From the human T2T-CHM13v2.0 reference genome, Homo sapiens, in assembly GCF_009914755.1 (NCBI RefSeq), contig NC_060939.1: DNA of 64,000 nt. One strand, written 5' to 3'. Positions 45,971 to 61,755 of this stretch are shown piece by piece. Numbering within the stretch: the stretch's first letter is position 1; every line of letters starts with the position of its first letter. The notes under the pieces were generated by a model. That model had not been told where the DNA came from and did no database searches. It was given only the letters and a program-made list of their open reading frames with translations. The translations under genes and the position numbers were made by a program.

Positions 45971-46516
45971 CCACAACTGTTATTTGTAACTAGATGAAAC
46001 ACTAAAATATAAGCTCTTGAGGATATTTTGTTATTAGTGTTTCATAAATGGGAATAGTTTAAATCTGTAGAAAATACATCCTAGTTTCTAACTTCCAAAA
46101 CCTCTGGGAACACAGTATATGTGTGTCAGACACACACACACACACATACTGTGTTGTTGTTATATATATATGTATATTTGTTGTTGTTGTTGTTGTTTTT
46201 GAGACAAAGTCTCCATCTTTTGCCTAGGCTGGAGTGCAGTGGTACGATCTCAGGTCACTGAAACCTCTACATCCTGAGTTCAAGTGATTCTCGTGCCTCA
46301 GCCTCCAGAGTAGTTGGGATCACAGGCGCGTGCCACCACATCACTGTGGCCGGCCAGTATATATATGTATATTTTTTGAAAACTTCACATGTCACAATAT
46401 TTAATATGTCATTTTTTCTCAGTCATAGATATTTTCTTAAGAAGTATATACAATGTTGGGCGTGGTGGCTCACACCTGTAATCGCAGCACTTTGGGAGGC
46501 TGAGGCAGGTGGATCA

Positions 46517-47914
<1,398 letters not shown>

Positions 47915-48309
47915 TAGTAAAGACGGGGTTTCACCATGTTGGCCAGGCTGGTCTCAAACTCCTGAACTCAAGTGATGGTGGTAAACATTCTATCAGACTG
48001 GCCTCAGTGCTTCCTAAGGCTTTGAATTACATCTGATCCATAGTTCAGCACCAGATGATTTCTTTTACCTGCAGGAGATAACCAAATGCCAAAATATCTC
48101 TTTGAAATGACGAAGGCAACTCAAATTTCCCATATGAAAAATCTACCAGGATAACATCATTGAGAATTCAGTTTACAAATGATCAGAAATCACAGATACT
48201 GTGCTATGTTTTCTTAAACTGTGATCCCCCTGTGAAACCAAGATGATAAGACTATTCCAGCAAACGAAAAGCTTATTTGGTGCAACGACTTGGAATGCCC
48301 CCAGGTAAG

Positions 48310-48820
48310 TGTATTTGTTACCTGTTTTGTAACAAACCACCCCCAAATTGAGTGGTTTATAAAACACATTTATTTGCTCACAGTTGCGTGATTTGGGCGG
48401 TGCTGGGCAGGCATAGCTCATCTTTCACTGTGGTATGACGTTTCCTCATGTGGCTACATTCAGCTGCAAGTTCTACTGAGACAGTGTCCACGTGGCCTCA
48501 CCTTGCATATCTGACGCGTTAGCTGGGATGGTTAGGACAGGTGATAATGCGCTGGGCATTTCTCTCAATGTCATCTCTAGAAAGGAATAGCTTGGGTCTC
48601 TATGGTGGTGACGCAGGACTCCAAGGGAGAAATAAACTGCTTCCTAAGACCCAATCCTGTTACTGGAACAGCATCTCTTCTTTCACATTCTGTTGGTTAA
48701 AGTAAATAACAAGGCTAGCCCAAATTTAAGGAGAGAGAAAATAGATTACACCTGTTCACAGAAGGCACTGCAAAAAAAAAAAAAAAAAAAAAAAGGGGGG
48801 CACTCTTTCATCCACCACAG
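48310..48820 (-). mobile_element. Second MLT1-family LTR
   Basis: tgtaacaaaccacccccaaattgagtggttt...cacattctgttggttaaagtaa...aaggctagcccaaatt. Confidence 0.6.
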
Positions 48821-48989
48821 TGAGGTAAAACAAGCCCCATTGTTTTGTTAGAATACCTAGCACAAGCTTTCTGAACGCATTTACTTCTCCCCCCAAACCA
48901 AAGCTTTGCATATAGAGAAGCGCATGTGCAAAATGATTTATATTCTCAGAGGAATCAGCAGTGAAAGAACTTTCCGTTTCCCAGTGTGA

Positions 48990-49193
<204 letters not shown>

Positions 49194-49446
49194 TAGCCAG
49201 GATGGTCTCCATCTCCTGACCTGGTGATCCACCCGCCTTGGCCTCCCAAGGTGCTGGGATTACAGGCATGAGCCACCATGCCAGGCCTCCTAGGGTGATA
49301 TTTGAAAAAAAGAAATTTATGGATGGGCTGGGCATGGTGGTTCATTCCAGCACTTTGGGAGGCTGAGGCAGGAGGATCACTTGAGCCCAGGAGTTCGGGA
49401 TCAGCCTAGGCAACATAGTGAGACCCCCATCTGTACAAACCATTTA

Positions 49447-49611
<165 letters not shown>

Positions 49612-50584
49612 TTAGGTTAGTTACAGTGAGAAGTACAAAATAAGAAATATTATCTTCATTTTTAACACCTGTAATCTCAGCACTTTGGGAGGCCAAAGCC
49701 GGAGGATCTCTTGAGCTCAGGAGTTTGAGACCAACCTGGCAACATAGCAAGACCTCCTCTCTACAAATAAAAAAATTAGCTCGGTGAGGTGGCTCACTCC
49801 TGTGGTCCTAGATCCTCAGGAGGCTGAGGTGGGAGAATCACTTGAACCTGGCTGGTCAAGGCTTCAGTGAGCCATGATTGCACCATTGCACTCCAGCCTG
49901 GGCAACAGAGCAAGACGCCTTCTCAAAAAATAAAAAATAAAATAAAACGTGTTAATACAGATTCAATTACTCAATTTTGACAATGTCAAGTCGGTTAATA
50001 AAAGCACTATGCCCAGCCTAGGCAACACAGTGAGACCCTGTCTCTACAAAAATTTTTAAAAATTAGCTGGGAGTGGTGGCATATACTTGTAGTCCCAGCT
50101 ACTCATGAGGCTGAGGCAGGAGAATGGTGTGAGACCAGGAGTTCGAGGCTGCAGTAAGCCGTGACTGCACCACTGCACTCCAGCCTGAGCAACAGAGCAA
50201 GACCCCGACAAAAATAAATAAATAAGAAAGCACCTTTACCGTTCATAAAAAAGCCCTATGAGTAAGCAAGCATTGTCACTTTTATGGTTGTATCTTTTGA
50301 TAACATATCAACATAAAGCAAAAATATTTTACAACTTCAGTGCACTAAAACATCTATTTTTCTTTTCCAAGACTTTTCCATAGGATACCTAGTTTTTAGT
50401 TATGGGATGATTATGGATAGGCTAACATCTTTTCACATAGTAGCTGCAATTATTCCTGTTTCACCTAAGAGGAAACAAGTTCAGAACTGTCAGATGCCCT
50501 CCAACCAATAGGGATTGAGGCAATTTAGGAATTTAACTTTACATAAGTCTCGTCCAACCACACTGATTATTCGTCCCCAAGTAA

Positions 50585-50830
<246 letters not shown>

Positions 50831-51204
50831 TAGGCTGATCTTGAACTCCTGACCTCAAGTGATCCACCTGCCTCAGCATCCCAAAGTGCTGGGATTACAG
50901 GTGTGAGCCACCATGCCAGGCCTTCAGATTCTTAATGGAACCTGATATCATGGGTGTTAGATCACTCCTTTCCTCTTTTCCTTCTCTTTTCCCATTAATC
51001 TCACTTTTTCCTTTCCTGTTTCTTTTTCTGTCTTGATCTTCACCTGCTTCTTTTTACAAGGGCAACCTTAATACTGTTCTCTTTGGACTGTGCTAATCCT
51101 CCCACTCTTCTGCTCAAGACTGGTGTCACACCTTGTTTTTCATTCTTAAATCTTACATACATCATAAGATCATTTATTAGATGAATATTTTTTAATTAAT
51201 ACAC

Positions 51205-52582
51205 TTAAATTTTATTTCAGTAGCTTTTGGGATATAAGTGGCTTTCTGTGATGTGGGTGAATTATATAGTGGTGAATTCTGAGATTTTAGTGTGCCCATC
51301 ACCTAGGTAGTGTATATTTTATCTAATATGTAGGTTTCTATCCCTGTCTCCCCTTCCACCCTCCCTCTTCTGAGTCTCTAAATTCCATTATATCACTGTG
51401 TTTGCCTTTGTATATTCACAGCTTAGCTCCCACTTACAAGTGAAAACATACGGTTTTTGGTTTTCCACTCCTGAGTTACTTCACTTAGAATAATGGCCTC
51501 TAGCTCCATCCAGGTTGCTGCAAAAGACATTATTTTGTTCCTTTTTATTGCTGAGTAGTATTCCATGGTGTATATATACCACATTTTCTGTACCCACTCG
51601 GTCGATGGGCACTTAGGTTGGCAATTGTGAATTGTGCTGCTGTAAACATACATGTGCAAGTGTCTTCTTCATATAATGACTTCTTTTCCTTTGGGTAGAT
51701 ACCCAGTAGTGGAATTGCTGGACCAAATGGTAGAACTACTTTTTGTTCTTTAAGGAATCACCATACTTTTTTCCATAGAAGTTGTACATTCCTACCAGCA
51801 GTGTTTAAGCATTCCCTTTTCCCCACATCCACGCCTACACTGTTTTTTGACTATTGTTTTTTGAGGTTTTTTTTCTTTTTTAGACAGGGTTTCAATGTGT
51901 TGCCCAGGCTGGAGTACTGTGGCACAATCATGGCTCACTGCAGCCTCAGACTCATGGGATCAAGGGATCCTCCTGCCCCAACACACGGCCCCCCGCCCCC
52001 CGCCCCCCGCCCCCCTCCCAGTACCTGGGACTACAGGTGCTCACCACTACACCCGGCTAATATTTGTATTTTTGTAGAGACGGGGTTTTGCCATGTTGCC
52101 CAGGCTGGTCTTGAACACCTGGGCTCAAATGATCTGCCCAACAGGCCTCCCAAAGTGCTGGGATTACAGGTGTGAGCCACTGCGCCCGGCCTTTTTTTCT
52201 GACTTTTTAATGATGGCCATTCTTGCAGGAGTAAGGTGGTATCTCCTTGTGGTATTAACTTGCATTTCTTCGATGATCAGTGATGTTGAGCATTTTTTCA
52301 TGTATTTGTTGGCCATTTGAATATCTTTTGAGAAATATCTATTCATGTCCTTTGCCCATTTTTTGATGGCATTATTTTCTTTCTTGCTGATTTGAGTTCC
52401 TTCTAGATTCTGGACACTAGGCCTTTTTCCGATGCATAGTTTGCAAATATTTTCTCTTAATCTGTGGTTGTCTATTATTTCTTTTGATGTGCAGAAGCTT
52501 TTTAGTTTAATTAGGTCCCATTTATGTATTTTTGTTTTTGTTGCATTTGCTTTTGGGGTCTTAGACATGAATTCTTTGCTTG
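51205..52582 (-). mobile_element. L1PB-like 3' end (ORF2 C-terminus and 3' UTR) with an inserted Alu at about 51870-52190
   Basis: ORF track gives L1 ORF2-like peptides [12 protein letters not shown]...[13 protein letters not shown] and TMEYYSAIKRNKIMSFAATWMELEAIILSE. Confidence 0.85.
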
Positions 52583-53107
52583 GGCTGATTATTAGACGAA
52601 CATTTATTGAGCACCAACCATATACGACAAACGATGTACTAGGTGTTGGGAATACAATGGAGAACTTACATGAATCACCAGTCACACAAATCTCTTTTAT
52701 CTTTTTTTTTTTTTTTTTGCCTTACTTGAGAATTTGGGTTTTTGAGTAAACGCCATTATTCTCTCTTTTTTTAAGCACACTTTTGCATCTCAACCACCTA
52801 ACACACTGCATCCCTGAGCAACCCGGAGGGGCCGGTTCCTGCACCCAGGCCAACACAACTTAAACCCCAACACACCAGAAGAGGAATAAAGGCCAACCAA
52901 CTTCCGCCCACCCACTACAAACGTCGAGAGAAATTCGTAGATGAGGCCTTGTCAAAATTCAGAGGCGTCCTACGTCTGCTTTCCCAATGAGACAGTTCCT
53001 TTTTGTTTGTCTCAGAGACTGGGGTTTTTTTTTTTTTAAAAGACTGTAGGCAGAAAAAACACCCCAACCGGCTGTTGTGACAATCAAACGTGTCTAAGAA
53101 AATTCAG

Positions 53108-53178
53108 CCAATGAGAGTGCGAGAGTGCATCTTGTGTTGGCCAATGAGAACAGCGACCCGTGCGCAGGGCCGCCCAAT
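53108..53178 (+). promoter_or_regulatory. CCNB2: Three NF-Y CCAAT boxes spaced exactly 33 bp
   Basis: CCAAT at 53108, 53141 and 53174; established architecture of the cyclin B2 promoter. Confidence 0.92.
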
Positions 53179-53191
53179 GGGGCGCAAGCGA

Positions 53192-53204
53192 CGCGGTATT
53201 TGAA
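53192..53204 (+). promoter_or_regulatory. CCNB2: CHR element (TTTGAA, 53199-53204) with an upstream CDE-like CGCGG; DREAM/MMB-FOXM1 site
   Basis: acGCGGtaTTTGAAtc directly downstream of the third CCAAT, typical of G2/M gene promoters. Confidence 0.9.
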
Positions 53205-53350
53205 TCCTGGAACAAGGCTACAGCGTCGAAGATCCCCAGCGCTGCGGGCTCGGAGAGCAGTCCTAACGGCGCCTCGTACGCTAGTGTCCTCCCTTTTCAG
53301 TCCGCGTCCCTCCCTGGGCCGGGCTGGCACTCTTGCCTTCCCCGTCCCTC

Positions 53351-53374
53351 ATGGCGCTGCTCCGACGCCCGACG
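53351..53374 (+). CDS. CCNB2: CCNB2 exon 1, coding part
   Basis: ctcATGG...; MALLRRPT|gtgagt. Confidence 0.95.
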
Positions 53375-55403
53375 GTGAGTGTGCCCGGGGACCGCTCTCA
53401 GAGGCGAGTCCGTCGGCCCCACAGCTCCCCTGTCGCTTCTCTCATCTGCTCCGAGCTTCTCCGTCCCAACCGGGGCTGCTTTTCTCTTCTCCGGAGCTCA
53501 CTGCTTCGCCCGCGTCCCTGGCCCTGCGGCCGGTCCTCTCCGGCCCGCCTTTCCCCGTCTGGATTCCGCCCTCCCCTAACCCCTCCCTGCCCCGGGGTGG
53601 GAGAAGTGTAGGAAAGCGCTTCCGAGATGGCGCCTGTCAAGTGAGCCCCCAGAGCACTAGGCCTAGTACTCAGCGAGCGATCCCCGAGTGCTCTTCATTG
53701 CTAGAGAGTTATCTACTTCCACGTTCCTGGGATTTCCCTCCCCCTTTCTTACAACTCCTTGCCAACTAAGGGACCTGTGATGGCGGCTGGGAGGAGGACT
53801 GGAAGGGTTCTGTAGGCAGTAAAGTGTACGGCGTGTTTCATCAGGCAACTGCCAGGCTGTTTTTCAGATTGTTCACATTTCTTTTTGTATGAGTTTCCCA
53901 TTTATTTCGGCACGCTAAGTCTTCCATGCTACGTTCACTAATAAATGGGTTTGTCCCCTTAAAAAATTAATTTCTTTACTCAAATGTAACAGAGGTTTTT
54001 GAATATAATTTGGACCAATGTGGCAGACTGAGAGAAAAGGGTCCAAATTCATTTATTTCATCCTTGCAGAGATCAAAGTGTTATGGTGTTTTGGGTATTT
54101 TTCCTGTGGGCTTGAATTGTACCGGGACCTACTTTTTTCCTTTGCCGAAAGCTAGAGGGCCCTGACACACCTGAGTTCCATCATCTTGGCTATAAGGTTA
54201 GATAAAAGCTGCCAATTTTCCTATCCAGATGAATTTAAATTGAGTCACATTACCAGGCTTCTACCCATAAGCATTACATTTTCAAACACTTTTTCAGATT
54301 GGCAGTTGCTGCTGGAAGAAATTGAAGTGTGACTTTTGAGAATCCTAATAGATTGAATACATTTAGCATTTAATTAATATCCTTTTGTGGATCTAAGTCC
54401 AACTGACAAGTAATTTTTTATAATAATGTATTCTATAACGTTATTTAATAGTCAAAACCTTTCTGTTCAGGGAAGGCTTGAGTTTCCCTGGCCCCTCTCT
54501 CTGCCTGGTAGATCCACTCAAACCCCTTGTTGGGAGTTTTATTAGAGTCGGGACCCTGAACTCTCAGGGATAGGACATGCTGGTTTTTTGCTTTTTTCTT
54601 TTTTAATGAAATGTTTATCACTTCTATAATAAACTTTTTTTGGTATGAGTTGCTTTTCCTAGCAAGTTTTATTTCCAAGCACATTATGTCTAAAGCAGGT
54701 TAAGGTCAACTGACAATTTTTATTTCATACAATTCCAACCTTCCCTGAGTTTGGGAGCTAAAACTATATTACTCAAGAAAACTACTTCCATTCTAAATGT
54801 CCTTAATATAAGAGAAAATCCATTCTATGGCAACCTCATTTTAAAAAGCTGTAGTTCTAAAAGATCATGCATACAGGAGCATTTCTTATTTGTGAAATGG
54901 CATAAGAATCAAAGCTAGTTTAGGTTTTAAACATCTGGTTTTTAAACAACCAGACCTATTATTAACTATTAATATTATAGCTTTATTATTTTTCATCTTA
55001 ATTTACTTTTTACCAAGCTCTGTAAAGGAAGGTTTTTAAATATATGCCTTTAACTTGCAGGGATCTCTAACAAGTGATATGGGTACTATATGAGAAATAA
55101 TCATTAAATACTAATAAGCTTTGAAGTTCTCTTACAGGCCCACTTGAATACTCAGAATAGCTTTGCAAGGTTAGTGGGAGGATCTTTATTACGGATAAAG
55201 TAGATGGGTGATTTGCCTAATTTAGAGTGATGTTATTAATCACAAATAGCATTTTTAGACTTCCTGAAATGTACCTTTTCCATCTTGCAAATAGATCTTG
55301 ACGTATTGTCCTTTCCCAAAGCAATTCTAAATTTGAGTATCTAACATTAGCAAAGTATTTCAAATTCTTTCAAGGTTTCATTACTTTTTTTTTTTTTTTT
55401 CAG

Positions 55404-55532
55404 GTGTCCAGTGATTTGGAGAATATTGACACAGGAGTTAATTCTAAAGTTAAGAGTCATGTGACTATTAGGCGAACTGTTTTAGAAGAAATTGGAAATA
55501 GAGTTACAACCAGAGCAGCACAAGTAGCTAAG
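55404..55532 (+). CDS. CCNB2: CCNB2 exon 2, containing the destruction box RTVLEEIGN
   Basis: (t)n cag|GTG TCC...GCT AAG|gtaaca; [43 protein letters not shown]. Confidence 0.96.
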
Positions 55533-55638
55533 GTAACAATGATGAAGACTGAATGTGAATACAGAGGCCGATTCTGTATAGTGCTGAGTCCCACAACGCT
55601 GGCTGTCTTGCGCTATTCATGTTTCTTTTTCCTTATAG

Positions 55639-55752
55639 AAAGCTCAGAACACCAAAGTTCCAGTTCAACCCACCAAAACAACAAATGTCAACAAACAACT
55701 GAAACCTACTGCTTCTGTCAAACCAGTACAGATGGAAAAGTTGGCTCCAAAG
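55639..55752 (+). CDS. CCNB2: CCNB2 exon 3
   Basis: ttatag|AAA GCT...CCA AAG|gtagga; [13 protein letters not shown]...EKLAPK; 114 nt. Confidence 0.95.
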
Positions 55753-57055
55753 GTAGGAAGTTCTGAATTTACAAACGTATTTAATGAGGTAGCCTGTTTT
55801 TAGCCAGACTACAAGGGTGCCTTTATCATTGCTGTACCTTCTAACGAACATTCATAGCTGGAGCTCTGCTTTGAAGCAATAGTGTAGGAAATGAGTATAT
55901 ACACCTTTTAACTTAATAACATTATGACCTTGAAGCTGGGCATGGTGGCTTATGCCTGTAATCTCAGCACTTTGAGAGGCTGAGGCAGGAGGATCGCCTG
56001 AGGCCAGGAATTCAAGGCTGCAATGTGCTATAATGGTGCCACTGCACTCTAGCCTGGACAGCGGAGCAAGACCTTGTCTCTGAAAAAAAAAAATAAATAT
56101 TACGACCCTGAATAATAAAGTTGATTACCTTAATACCCAAATAAAGGACAGAATGGTTCAGAAAATTCATGGAATGAGTGAGATTTTTAGGGGTAGAGAG
56201 AAGATGATAGCTGACAGGAAAGGGCACGTTTGTGGAGAACAAAGTAGCAACAAAGATCAAGGTACCAAAGCGGATATGGACCTATAATCATGTCCTTTCG
56301 TTAAGGAGTCTGAAAGACTTAACTGAGTCAGGCGGCTTGAGTGAGGAACCAGAAGATAAGGCTGGGAAGAAGGTTGCAGTTGGATTTGAAGGACTTGGAA
56401 TTTGGATTTTTATCCCATTAGGCTTGAGGAAACAAAGTTTTGAGGAGTACCGAAATGATGAAAACAATGTAGGGAGGTAAGTTAGGAGGTATTGCACTTA
56501 TCCAAGCAAGAGCTGATGAGGGTCTGGAGCTAGCCCAGATCTTCCCTAAGCGCCTACCCATACACCAGTATCAATAGTGGGTATGAAGAAACAACATCAA
56601 ATGTGTTAGGATGTCTCAGAATGTCTTTCAGGGACATCATCTTGTATTTAGGAAAGAATACTTTGGACACATGGCTTGCACTGCAGGAGTGGTATCCTTA
56701 CCCACTTGGATATTAAATAAACCATTTATGCAATAAATGAACAAAAAGTAGGAAAGTCAGGAGAGGGCGGTAGCTTTGGTAAAGGTATCCTGTTTGGCTT
56801 CCGATTTGTTGAGGTAACCGAGGGACATCTGCCTGGAAATGCAGTTGGAAATGTGGCAGCAACATCTGAAGGCAAGGAACAGATTTGTCAGCTTTCTTCA
56901 CAGAGATGATGGTTGAAAGCTCTTTGCTCTTTATGAGAACTAAAGCTTAGAAAAAGTAGTTGAGATGGGACTTCATTTAAAAAGCCTTCCCTAGAAGGTT
57001 TCTATAACAGTGACCTCCTGAAAGCCAAACCCAAAGGCTGGTTTTCAGACCTTGA

Positions 57056-57343
<288 letters not shown>

Positions 57344-57795
57344 TGACCTCAGGTGATCCACCTGCCCCCGCCCCTCAAAGTGCTGGGATTACAGGTGTGA
57401 GCCACTGCGCCTGGCGGTAGTATATTTCAAATGGTTATTCTCCATACCCAGTAGCTTTGTTTTTTATCCAAAGAAAATGATCAGAGGGATAATCAAGTAC
57501 TTTTAGATAGTGCTATGATGAGTGTCTCTTATAGAGTAGAGAAATACCCTAGTTAAATCCATTTAAGGAAATACTACGCAGCCATAAATATCATGTTTTA
57601 GTAGAATATTTAAAGGCATCAAAATGCTTGTAACATTAAGTGGAAAAATCAGATTATAACAATATATAAACAGTGCAACCCCAGATTTGCTTTTAAAATG
57701 TACATTTGTATGCAGAATATTGATGGTAGTTATTTTTGAATATTATGTTGGACTTAAGATTGACTTTCATTTTCTTCCTTAAAACGTCAAACTTT

Positions 57796-58113
57796 GGCCG
57801 GGTGCAGTGGCTCACGCCTGTAATCCCAGCACTTTGGGAGGCCGAGGCGGGCGGATCGCGAGGTCAGGAGATCGAGACCATCCTGGCTAACACAGTAAAA
57901 CCCCGTCTCTACTAAAAATACAAAAAATTAGCCGGGCGAGGTGGTGGGCGCCTGTAGTCCCAGCTACTTGGGAGGCTGAGGCAGGAGAATGGCGTGAACC
58001 CTGGGGGCCGGAGCCTGCAGTGAGCCGAGATTGTGCCACTGCACTCCAGCCTGGGCGACAGCGAGACTCTGTCTCAAAAAACAACAACAACAAAACAAGA
58101 ACAAAAACAAAAA
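57796..58113 (+). mobile_element. Young AluY, probably the Ye lineage
   Basis: gggcgAggtgg, aaccctgggggccggagcCtgcag and gacagcgagac variants; TSD aaaacgtcaaacttt/aaaacttcaaacttt. Confidence 0.75.
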
Positions 58114-59308
58114 ACTTCAAACTTTTACCATGGGTACATATTACTGTTCAAGTTAGAGAAGAAGAAAAGAAGGCTTTTTTTTTTCTTTTTTTAAAAGCAA
58201 AGACCATAAATATGTTACTAAAGAAACAAAGGGAAAAATAGTTTCCTCCTGTGACCTCCATAACTTCATCCTTTTTGTGTTTCCTTTACTCCTTGGCTGA
58301 CTCCTTTTTCTCTTGCTTCCTGGCAAAATTGAGGCCACTGTTTGAGATAAAGCATTATGGACCCGTAGCTCAGTTCATATAAAAATCAATTCCAGGGTTG
58401 AAACATATAGCTACATGTTCTAGATTTAGAAGTTATGAGGAATTAATGAACAGGAATTATTTCCAATTCAAATACATTTCCCTCTGAGAAAGTAGTGAAG
58501 GAATCTCTAAGTCCACGATTTAGGTAGAGTCCCACCTTCTAGCAGGTGAGTCTCTCTGCCTGCCTGTCTCTGGTCAGCCTTCTGGCTTTTACTTTGTCAT
58601 CTGCTTTATCTGCAGGGTTATCACTGTTCTTTAGAGCCAATCCCTGGAGGTGTGGAAATGCCACTTGAGTGCACAGGTTTCTATCAATTTTCCTGGAAAG
58701 GTGATAACATAAGCCATGTGTCCATGATAGGAGATGTTCCCAGTCTTCTAACCAAATTTATACTATCCTTTTTGCAAAACTGGAGGGCAGGTTTCTTTCT
58801 CTGTAGCAGTTGACACAACTGAATCACAAAGTGCCCTGGCTGAGACCTCGGAAGAGTTCCAGCCCTTTACAGGTAGTCATAGAAGCTTATTATCCTGCAG
58901 GTTTTGGAGAAAATGGTGTTTTTTGCTGATTAATGAGGCTTTGGTAAACACAGTAGTTAGAAAGGACATGGAAGGCTTTCTACTAGTCCCATGTTTGCTG
59001 GACACTGGGGAAACAAGTTGAATAAACCATCGATTCTGTCTAGAGGAGCTCCCAGTCAAGTTGGAGGACATAGGAGTAGAAGTATGGCTTTATCTGTCAC
59101 AAAGAGAGATGCATGCTTATGAGAGGTACTGAGGAGTCATAGCTAGAACAGATTACCTGACCAGATGAGTAGGATCTTAGAAAGGGTCTTACAATAATTA
59201 AATTATGTTGGAGTTCAAAATGAATGCTTTCAAGGAATTCTAAATTAAGGGCCAGGGCAAGAATCTTTGTCTTATCCTAGTGGCTTTTGTTGTTGACTGC
59301 TTGATTGA

Positions 59309-59446
<138 letters not shown>

Positions 59447-60326
59447 TAAACTCAGTTGCACTTCTGAATAGGAGCCAGAAAAATATTCTAAAGTGGTATG
59501 ATAGCACATGATAACCTCTATCTCCTTAAACCAGACTTTTTGTTATTGACTGCCCTTCCAGGGGTGGGTGATAATGCTTATCCTTGAAAAAGTTAACCTT
59601 CAGCTGAAGCTGCATATGCTTATTACAATGCAAATCTGATTCTAGTCACTTGATAAACTCCTTCAGTTTTTCACCTTAACGTTTGGATAAAATCTAAGCT
59701 TCTAGAAGCTCGGCTGTTGTTCAGCTTTTCAGCTCATCTTCTCATACCTCACAGGCTATCCTGCTGACATCTCAAATCAATTTGCAGTTCCCAGAATTGC
59801 CTTGATTTTCTTTGGTTTGCTTTTGCCTGTTCATCTTCCTTAAGGTCTTACCGTCTCTGGTACCCTGGGTACCTCTACTCATTTGTTCTAGCTCCTTGAG
59901 GTTTCCAGGTTCCCAAATTCTATTCTATTCTTTTCTTTCTTTCTTTCTTTTTTTTTTTTTTTTTGACAGAGTCTCACTCTGTCTCTAGGCTGGAGTACAG
60001 TGGCATAATCATGGGTCACTGCAGTTTTGATCTCCTGGGCTCAGGTGATTCTCCCATTTCAGCCTCCAAGTAGTTGGGACAACAAGTGTGCGCCACCATG
60101 CCTGGCTAATTTTTGTATTTTTTGTAGAGGCGAGGTTTTGCCATGTTTCCCAAGCTGGCCTCAAACTCCTGAGCTGAAGCAATCCACCTGCCTCAGCCTT
60201 CCAAAATGCTGGGATTACAGGTGTGAGCCACCGCACTTGGCCTGGGTTCTCAAATTCTTGTATAAATGGCATGCATGCCTGCATAGTTCTTGCTCACCTG
60301 GTTCTTCCTCAGTTTAAGACCTTTGA

Positions 60327-60646
<320 letters not shown>

Positions 60647-60938
60647 TAGGCTGATTTCAAACTTCTGACCTCGTGATCCACCCACCTTGGCCTCCCAAAG
60701 TGCTGGGATTATAGGCGTGAGCCACCAGGCCTGGCCGCCTCCTCTTTTTAAAAAATATTTTATTACCTTAATATATATTTGTATAGCTTAGCATCTTGTT
60801 AGGTTTTACTTGGAGAAGTACTTTTTTTTTGAAAGCATTGATTTGGCTGGGTGCAGTGGCTCAAGCCTGTAATCCCAACACTTTGGGAGGCCGAGGTGGG
60901 CGGATCACAAGGTCAGGAGATCGAGACCATCCTGGCTA

Positions 60939-61185
<247 letters not shown>

Positions 61186-61580
61186 TTAACTGCTTTATAA
61201 ATTTTTAATTTGCATAATTTTTATAAATAATTACCCAGTCAGCATAGGAAAGTGAAATACTGAGTTGTGAACTTGCTCAGTCTTCGCTCCCTTCTCCTAT
61301 TTTATTTATAGACTGCAATATGCTTTTCTCCTTTTTAGTTGCCAGTTTTTCAATTTAGAATAAATTAGTTAAAGAGAAGAAAACATTATACTGCAGAAGA
61401 GGCTGCTACTAAAGTAGAATGATCAGCTCCAGTAATCTTTGAACCCAGGTGGTCAAGTTTCTTCCATTTATTGAGCACCTACTACGTATCAGGGATTATA
61501 TAGATGTTTGAGGTGCCTTAGTGGGCAAAACCAATTAAATAAACGTAAGCTTTTAGAGCTTACATTCTGGCAGAGGTAGA

Positions 61581-61755
61581 CAGAAAATAATACACATACT
61601 ATATAAACTATAGAATTTTAGAAGTATAGGTATTATGAGAAAAAACAGAATAATACACATATAAACTATAGAATTTAGAAGTATAGGCTTTATGAGAAAA
61701 AACAGAATAATACACATATTAACTATAGAATTTTAGAAGTATAGGTTTTATGAGA
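61581..61755. repeat. AT-rich tandem repeat, about 3 x 57-63 bp
   Basis: aataatacacat...aactatagaattt(t)agaagtatagg..ttatgaga at 61586, 61649 and 61706. Confidence 0.93.

Larger units (their letters stand above)
53100..53700. promoter_or_regulatory. CCNB2: CpG island over the CCNB2 promoter, exon 1 and start of intron 1
   Basis: Abrupt GC- and CpG-rich stretch within an AT-rich, CpG-depleted window. Confidence 0.9.

Noticed and set aside
52164-52685. 173-aa ORF divergent from the CCNB2 promoter
   Set aside because: It is a frameshifted L1 ORF2 remnant ending in an Alu
53094-53848. Overlapping ORFs up to 214 aa at the CCNB2 promoter
   Set aside because: GC-rich islands lack stops; the longest begins at a GTG within the promoter and resembles no protein family I recognise
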